30,298 bases of DNA from the IMG/VR virus record IMGVR_UViG_3300032295_000278, positions 1 to 30,298 of that record. One strand, given 5' to 3'. Made by a program: the position numbers and the translations under genes. Below the pieces are notes generated by a model. That model did no database searches, was not told the DNA's origin, and worked only from the letters and a program-made list of their open reading frames with translations. The stretch's first letter is position 1. The number at the start of each line of letters is the position of its first letter. Origin of the DNA: a virus (taxonomy: Duplodnaviria > Caudoviricetes). Positions 24,598-30,298 of this stretch are shown here, piece by piece.

Positions 24598-25169
24598 TGT
24601 AATAATTCTTTAAGTTTATTTATTGTTTCGTTTTTGCGTTGTTGCTCTAAAGACATTTCTAACTTGTCAGCGAAGTAACCCTCGATTGAGAAGCCTTTGA
24701 CCTTGCCATCTTTGACGTCTTGCCATACCTCATCGTTATCGACTTTCATAGAAATCATCCACGTTCCTTTTGGTAAATTGAAGCCATATAATTGGGATTT
24801 ATCCGATTTACTATCCTCAATCAACCAAGACTCTACTACGGTCATTCCTTTGACTGCGTCTTTGTGTTCGTATGTAGCGTTAGATTGGTTTCCGTTTTTA
24901 AAGAATAGCTCCATCGCCTGACGTACCGTGTCCTCTGAAAAGTAGATGTAATACTCTTCTTTTTTTTGATTTACACGGTATATTTTTTTATTTGGTATGA
25001 GAGCAGCACCCATTAAGATACGCTTCTCAGTATTTACTTCTTTGAGTTCTACTTCGTGTTTTGATAGATGGATGAAATTCTCCTCAATGGCAGGAGATTC
25101 TACCACGGATACTGCGTCAACCCCACTTTGGGCATCCTTTTCGTCAATAATTAATTCGATTACTTGCAT
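24594..25169 (-). CDS. Prohead serine protease (XkdF-like)
   Basis: 'KRILMGAALIP', 'TYEH', 'VVESW', 'PKGTW' and 'VKDGKVKGFSIEG' match the XkdF/S78-like family. Confidence 0.8.
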   Translation of the reverse strand: MQVIELIIDEKDAQSGVDAVSVVESPAIEENFIHLSKHEVELKEVNTEKRILMGAALIPNKKIYRVNQKKEEYYIYFSEDTVRQAMELFFKNGNQSNATYEHKDAVKGMTVVESWLIEDSKSDKSQLYGFNLPKGTWMISMKVDNDEVWQDVKDGKVKGFSIEGYFADKLEMSLEQQRKNETINKLKELLQ

Positions 25170-25200
25170 ATCTTTTAGACGTTAAATTGTTACAATGTTG
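25167..25200 (-). promoter_or_regulatory. Putative late (phage ECF sigma) promoter
   Basis: CAAC-N15-CGTCT-AAAAG-ATATG, upstream of the protease. Confidence 0.7.
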
Positions 25201-27085
25201 CATTTTCTACTCGGTTTCTATCTAATGCTTGAGCAGTTGTTACTGACCCACTCACTACGTATGCTTGTACAGGCGTTTGCTGAAGTTGAGCTAACTGATT
25301 TACACCTGAGTTTCCTACTACGTTGAATGATGGTGCTTGTGTTGGTATTGAACCTCCACCTGCTGATGTGCCACCGCCTCCACCTGATGAGCCTCCTCCC
25401 TCAAATTGTTGCTGAGAGATTTTAGCCACGTTAGCCAAACCTGATGCTACTGCAATACCTGCTGCAATACCACCTCGAATTGGTGAGTCAGGAGTTGGGA
25501 TAGGAGTAAACTGAGAAGCGTAAGCACTTGTAGCGTTTTGGTAAGTTGTAATTAATGCAGTTGCTATATTTGCAGCCTTTTGTACTTGGAAAGCTCTTTT
25601 TGCTGCTTTCTCTGACTTCTTACCGAATAACTCGCTTATTGAAGCTATTGCAGCTAATCCATCAAGAGTTGATTTTACTTTAAATGAGTTAGCTTGTTCC
25701 TCTATTTGTCTTGCTCTTATTGATTTAGCTTCTAATATTTTTATTTCTAAATCTGCTGCTTCTTGCCTTGCTTGTAGTTCAGTATTTAAAGAACCTTGAA
25801 GTGTACCTAAATCTCTTTGAGTAACCTGAAATTTCTGTAAAGATAAAGCATCAATTTTGCCCATTGACTTGTCCAAAGCATTATCTAACTCTTTGGTTTG
25901 TGCTTTTTCTAAATCAGTAGTGTCTTGTTTATACTTTTTAGCAAGTGCTATTTGCTGAGCATATTTTTCTTGGATATCTCTTACTTGCTTTTCGTATTCA
26001 GACTTGAATAAGTCAGTTGCTTCTCTATTGTATTGTTTAAGTTGAGCAAGTTCTTCGTTTCGTTTATCCTTAGATGCTTTAGCTCTATTTATTGCATCCT
26101 GTTTTTGTTGCTCTGCTTGTGCTTTGTTCTCTTCTTGTTGTTCTTTCTGAGCTTGTTTTTGTTGCTGACGCATTTCATATTCGTCATTCTTTAACTTAGC
26201 AAGTTGTTGACGTAATTCTGATACGTGTTTACGTTGTGCTTTTGCAGTTTCTTCATCTCCGTAGAATAAGCGACCTGTAGCATTAAGACCTAATTTGTCA
26301 AATATCTTTACATTCTCTAAATCTTTTTTCTGACTTTGATACAATTTCTGAGCGGCAGCAAGTTCTTGTTGGCTTTTTTGAATTGCTTCTTTAAATCTTT
26401 TCTTTCGTTTTTCAGCAATATCCTCTTCCGTATAACCTAAACGCTTTAATGTTCTTTCGTATTCATCAAAATTACTTAATGCAGCACGGGCAGCCTCAGC
26501 ACTTTCAGCAGTTGATTGAGCAAACTTTTGAGCTTGAGCAGTAGCAGGAGTTAACGCTGCTTTAACGTCATCCCATTTAGCTATAAGTAAACCTAATGCA
26601 GCAACTACTAAACCGATACCTGATGCAAGAAATACTTTAGATGCAGTAGTCATACCGGCAAAAGCATTCTTAACAACAGCACCCAACTGAACAAAGCTAT
26701 CTTTAGCTTCCATTGCTCCTTGAATACCTTGAGACAATGCCATTGCTGACTGAACCTTAAGAAGTGTTTTTTGTAATGCTTCACTCTCAGTACCTACCAA
26801 TCCCATTGCACCCTCAAATGCTTGGAATCCGTTTAATGCTCCACCTATTGATTGAGATAGTGCGTTAAACTTAGCGTCAGGATTAAAGGCATCGGTTAAA
26901 CTCTTAGCATCACCAATTCTATCTTTTAATTCAGCGGCTCGTTTCGCAGCCTCTGCTGCTTGTTGAGATGTTGCACCAAACTTCTCTGATAATGAAGCAA
27001 CCTCAGCTTGTGCTTCTCTTAATTGGCTTTTTAACGAACCAATGTTTGTTTTTACTTCTAAGTCTATTACTTTAGTTTCTGCCAT
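25190..27085 (-). CDS. Tape measure protein
   Basis: 631 aa A/Q/K-rich coiled coil with hydrophobic segments (SGIGLVVAALGLLIA) and a Gly-rich C-terminal linker. Confidence 0.7.
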   Translation of the reverse strand: MAETKVIDLEVKTNIGSLKSQLREAQAEVASLSEKFGATSQQAAEAAKRAAELKDRIGDAKSLTDAFNPDAKFNALSQSIGGALNGFQAFEGAMGLVGTESEALQKTLLKVQSAMALSQGIQGAMEAKDSFVQLGAVVKNAFAGMTTASKVFLASGIGLVVAALGLLIAKWDDVKAALTPATAQAQKFAQSTAESAEAARAALSNFDEYERTLKRLGYTEEDIAEKRKKRFKEAIQKSQQELAAAQKLYQSQKKDLENVKIFDKLGLNATGRLFYGDEETAKAQRKHVSELRQQLAKLKNDEYEMRQQQKQAQKEQQEENKAQAEQQKQDAINRAKASKDKRNEELAQLKQYNREATDLFKSEYEKQVRDIQEKYAQQIALAKKYKQDTTDLEKAQTKELDNALDKSMGKIDALSLQKFQVTQRDLGTLQGSLNTELQARQEAADLEIKILEAKSIRARQIEEQANSFKVKSTLDGLAAIASISELFGKKSEKAAKRAFQVQKAANIATALITTYQNATSAYASQFTPIPTPDSPIRGGIAAGIAVASGLANVAKISQQQFEGGGSSGGGGGTSAGGGSIPTQAPSFNVVGNSGVNQLAQLQQTPVQAYVVSGSVTTAQALDRNRVENATL

Positions 27086-27224
27086 CTCTATTCTTTTTAA
27101 TTTCTTTCCAACTTTGTTTCAAAGTTCCTTTAATTCCTTTTATTTGGTATTTACCTTTTGCGATGTCTATGTGTTCTCCTTCAAATTCACTTATTTGTAA
27201 GAGGTCTAATATTTGTTTTATCAT
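27072..27224 (-). CDS. Small hypothetical protein (50 aa, not in the ORF track)
   Basis: MIKQILDLLQISEFEGEHIDIAKGKYQ... has an ATGA overlap with the upstream gene and overlaps the TMP start. Confidence 0.6.
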   Translation of the reverse strand: MIKQILDLLQISEFEGEHIDIAKGKYQIKGIKGTLKQSWKEIKKNRDGRN

Positions 27225-29629
27225 TGTACTACTATGTAAATTATTTCTTGACTTTTTATTCCATTCGTGTTTACGTAAGATGCCGTAACTGAGAATACCG
27301 TTCTCGCAGCCGCAGCAGGCGTAGTGATGGTTACGTTTGAGCTTGATGTTAAAGTTGTTTCACTTAACACAATTCCCGCATCCGATGTAGTAAGCAACGC
27401 AGTTCCTCCTCCGTTTGGTAAGTTGATTGAAGTAACTACTGAGCCACCACTTGTAGGCACATTGTAAAAAGGTACTTTATTAGTCATTGGTCTGAAATCT
27501 AAATAAAGCGAGAAGTCAACTTCTCCCGTAGTTAGGTTAGATTTCATATCGTTAATGATATAACGCTTGTCTCTGATTATAAGTCTATCGTTGAGCCTTA
27601 AGCCTGTGAGTAAGCTGATAGGTAGCTTCGTCTTTACGTTGATGAGCCTTTGCTTGAGGTTGTAAAGATTGTATAGGTATGAAAAGTAATACTGAGCAAA
27701 TAGCGTCTGCTGAATTGGTGTAAGCAGTAGGCTTGATGTTTCCGGAGCAAAGTTTAAAGTTAAGTCCGTGTTATTGTAATACAAGTCCTGCCCAAATGGA
27801 GTGTAGCTTGTGATGGTAACGTGCGAACCTACTTGTAACTTGAAATCACAAACTTGGTTATCATACTGATACAATAGAATCGGCTTCGGTGTGTATGGAG
27901 CAAACTCATTGTTAAGAGCGTAACCTACTTGTAATTCAGTACCGTCAAATTTCTGCTGAAGTATATTCTCAAAAGGTAAGTCAACCGTGTACTCTCCACC
28001 ATCGTAATCATATTGGTAGGTCATATCTCCGTAGCCTCGTGAGTAAACTTGGCTAAACTGCTTGTTTAAGAAGCACTCTGAATCTTGAAACTTGAATGTA
28101 ATCTTTTTGTAAAGTGGTATGCGAGCAACATCAATAGAATTGACATCCGTATATTTAGTGATGTCAACAATAGCTCCTTGTCCATACCAATCGTCAATAG
28201 GAGCGATTTGATACGTGTTTTCATCCGTACCGATGCAAATCATATTAAAGACCTTGAGGATTCCTGAGAAGAAATCTGCAATCTTCATCTGAGGTGCATT
28301 AGCCGCAAGGTTCTGAACAATAGACATAGATAATGGAGAACAAGTCATTATCACTTGGTCTTGTTGCAATGAAGTTCCTGAAAAATAATTTACCGCATAT
28401 CCTACATTGAGCGTAATGTTGTTCGCTCCGTTAGGTCTGATTTTAAACGAATAAGTTGACTGAAGCCCTATCGTGTTGTTGATTAACTCAGAATGTATGA
28501 GTCCCGTTCCTGATGCTTGTATTGAGTTTATTAAGTTTCCGTTTTGATATACGTCAACATAATAAGTATTTGATGTGGATGCAGTAAGTACAGTTAAGCT
28601 AACTCTTTGCAAAACTACGTTTGGAATATACTCAACATTTATCTCATTTGTGTTAAGGTCAACGTATGGTGTTAAATCATAAGTTGTGAACGTAGGAGTT
28701 ATTCCTGTAAATTCAATGTCATAGCTCCCTCCTGTAAGTTCAAATTCATTCTTGTTTTTGTAGTATAAGAATAATTTAGTAAATCGCTCATCGCTTAAGA
28801 ACGTGCCCTCAAATGTAACTCCGTATTTTTTTTGGATTAATTCAAATATTTTTTGAACTCTGAAAGCAGGGAATAGCTCGTTGTATTTAATCGCACCACT
28901 CGTTGCATAGATGTTGTTATCTGAGATTGAAGTTACGTCTAACCAATTTGGAGTAGTGGCATTTACGTAATTTGATTGGTAGTGCCAAATACGCTTCGAG
29001 CTAATCAAAGGATACTTGACGTCATACTGATTAGTTCCGTCTGAGATTCGGTTTGCTATCTCAGTTCCGTTGTAAGAGTGATTGTATTCCGTGTAATCTA
29101 AGTCTGAAAGTAAATCCTCACCAAAGTAATCTTTGAGCGTTCTACCATCTCCGTAGAATGTTACAGTGTAGCTCTCAGGTCTTCCGTTTTTAAGATTCGC
29201 CTTTTCAATCTGCAACTTTCCTCTACGGAAAAATGAAAGGTCAATCTCAATGAATGAATCTAATCGAAGGTTGTAGTCGATTAGTGAGTTGACATCCGAT
29301 TGATAGAAGTGCTGAATGATTCCGTTGTTATGGTCGTTAGCAGGAATTGTAAAGCTCTGAGAAAAGTCAGTAAACGTCTTAGAGATATCTTGTACGTTTT
29401 GAACTGTGCTTGTTACGTTGATTTGTTCGTCATCAAATAGCTCTAATCTTTCTGAGTTTTTGTAGTTGCCAAATAACCCACCTAACGAGTTAAGATAATC
29501 AACCATACATTGACCACTCTCGCATACTCCTCCTGAATTTGTAACTGACTGAAAGAAGTTATTAACTACCGATGTAGTTATGTTTTGATAGCGTGTCGTA
29601 CTGACGTATAAGTGTACTTTTCTATTCAT
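27221..29629 (-). CDS. Large tail tip/hub protein
   Basis: 802 aa beta-rich protein with 'FSQSFTIPA', 'YPLIS' and 'LNDRLII....YIIN', in the tail block. Confidence 0.6.
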   Translation of the reverse strand: MNRKVHLYVSTTRYQNITTSVVNNFFQSVTNSGGVCESGQCMVDYLNSLGGLFGNYKNSERLELFDDEQINVTSTVQNVQDISKTFTDFSQSFTIPANDHNNGIIQHFYQSDVNSLIDYNLRLDSFIEIDLSFFRRGKLQIEKANLKNGRPESYTVTFYGDGRTLKDYFGEDLLSDLDYTEYNHSYNGTEIANRISDGTNQYDVKYPLISSKRIWHYQSNYVNATTPNWLDVTSISDNNIYATSGAIKYNELFPAFRVQKIFELIQKKYGVTFEGTFLSDERFTKLFLYYKNKNEFELTGGSYDIEFTGITPTFTTYDLTPYVDLNTNEINVEYIPNVVLQRVSLTVLTASTSNTYYVDVYQNGNLINSIQASGTGLIHSELINNTIGLQSTYSFKIRPNGANNITLNVGYAVNYFSGTSLQQDQVIMTCSPLSMSIVQNLAANAPQMKIADFFSGILKVFNMICIGTDENTYQIAPIDDWYGQGAIVDITKYTDVNSIDVARIPLYKKITFKFQDSECFLNKQFSQVYSRGYGDMTYQYDYDGGEYTVDLPFENILQQKFDGTELQVGYALNNEFAPYTPKPILLYQYDNQVCDFKLQVGSHVTITSYTPFGQDLYYNNTDLTLNFAPETSSLLLTPIQQTLFAQYYFSYLYNLYNLKQRLINVKTKLPISLLTGLRLNDRLIIRDKRYIINDMKSNLTTGEVDFSLYLDFRPMTNKVPFYNVPTSGGSVVTSINLPNGGGTALLTTSDAGIVLSETTLTSSSNVTITTPAAAARTVFSVTASYVNTNGIKSQEIIYIVVQ

Positions 29630-30175
29630 TAGATTACGGAGTTAATTACATCGTAAGCGTATTCAAATTCAACCTGATAATTGATGAGGTTATTGTTTAT
29701 GGATTTTTGCAGTTCTATGGACTTCGTGCTTAGTTTAGCAGCAGTCTCATTAACTAATATCTTCTCGCTCAACATAAGCTGCTTAATCACCTCTTTGAAA
29801 TCTTCGTCAACCCAATCAGAGTTTACTCGGATAGATTGCTTTCCGTTTCCGTTATATACTTGTCTTTGTCCTTCAGTTTGTAGGTAGTTAGGGAACTGAG
29901 ATTGCAATAGATTGTATTCCGTGTTTTCGGTGTTTAAGGTATCGTAAGATGCAGTAAAGAACCATTGTCTTTGCCAAGCTCCGAACTTGTTAACGAAGTC
30001 AACTTGCACAGGTGTGTATCTGCACTCTACTTGTGGATAGAAATAAGAAGTCCAAAGAACGGCATTAGACGAATTCAAAAGCTCTAACTTGTTCCCTACT
30101 GATTCCCATCCTGAGTAGACTCGGTTAATGTCTCTTACCGTGTTTAAAGATAGGTTGATTGTTTGGGTTGCATTC
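29629..30175 (-). CDS. 3' part of the join-spanning minor tail protein (starts at 494)
   Basis: In frame with 1..494; contains 'FVNKFGAW' and 'KQLMLSE' and is coupled to the tail-tip gene. Confidence 0.75.
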
Positions 30176-30298
30176 GTGCTTAGGTTTGTCCATTTTGCTT
30201 TTGCTACCGTACCTGTGATTGCAGTAACCCAACCCACGTTATTGATAGGATTGTAGTAGTAGTTGCCTTGACTTAAAAGCACATCACTTAATGTAGGA
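30176..30298. repeat. Terminal direct repeat, right copy
   Basis: Identical to 1-123. Confidence 0.95.

Noticed and set aside
1186-29887. All plus-strand ORFs in the track (e.g. 1186..1449, 19351..19734, 23006..23485)
   Set aside because: They are antisense shadows of well-supported minus-strand genes, with no motifs and no plus-strand promoters or terminators noticed.
1838-30145. Frequent CGTGTT/AACACG hexamer as a dispersed regulatory repeat
   Set aside because: It occurs mostly inside coding sequence with no positional pattern, and is plausibly a by-product of CATG avoidance (ACATG to ACACG).
1-30298. tRNA genes, CRISPR arrays, introns/inteins, stop-codon reassignment
   Set aside because: Intergenic gaps are too short or already explained. 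Terminase, helicase and capsid are uninterrupted, and ORFs tile the genome under the standard code.

Overview
This looks like a complete, circularly assembled genome of a small tailed (siphovirus-like) phage. Bases 1-123 repeat exactly at 30176-30298, giving a unit length of about 30,175 bp, and one tail gene reads through the join. The host is most likely Bacteroidota (Flavobacteriia-like), judging from TTG-N19-TAnnTTTG promoters and no obvious Shine-Dalgarno sites. Every credible gene is on the minus strand. Read from high to low coordinates there are five blocks. (1) An early/replication/recombination block at 14073-5079: two DNA methyltransferases, replication initiator, DnaB-like helicase, NinG, ERF, YqaJ exonuclease and SSB. 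(2) An ECF-like sigma factor and terminase at 5012-2386. (3) Tail genes from 2220 across the join to 25190. (4) Head genes, major tail protein, portal and fibre at 25169-16857. (5) Holin, an L,D-transpeptidase-like endolysin, a u-spanin and a metallophosphoesterase at 16719-14230. I found no integrase, CI-like repressor pair, tRNA or CRISPR array. The most interesting signals are regulatory and structural. First, a promoter- and terminator-bounded RNA of about 50 nt (14169-14220) has a seed, CAUAGCGU, complementary to the ACGCUAUG start-codon region of at least four early genes; a second seed copy sits in the major-tail 3' UTR. Second, four late promoters with the pattern ACA-N13/14-ACGTCT-N5-ATATG match ECF consensus and imply near-leaderless mRNAs. 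Third, a two-hairpin loop-loop element with a terminator precedes the replication genes. Fourth, an L(S/A)xHxVEL peptide is shared by the protease, the portal and two small coiled-coil proteins, suggesting a capsid-targeting or cleavage tag. Fifth, a -1 frameshift leaves both frames open for about 90 codons. All protein functions come from motif recognition by eye; no database searches were run.
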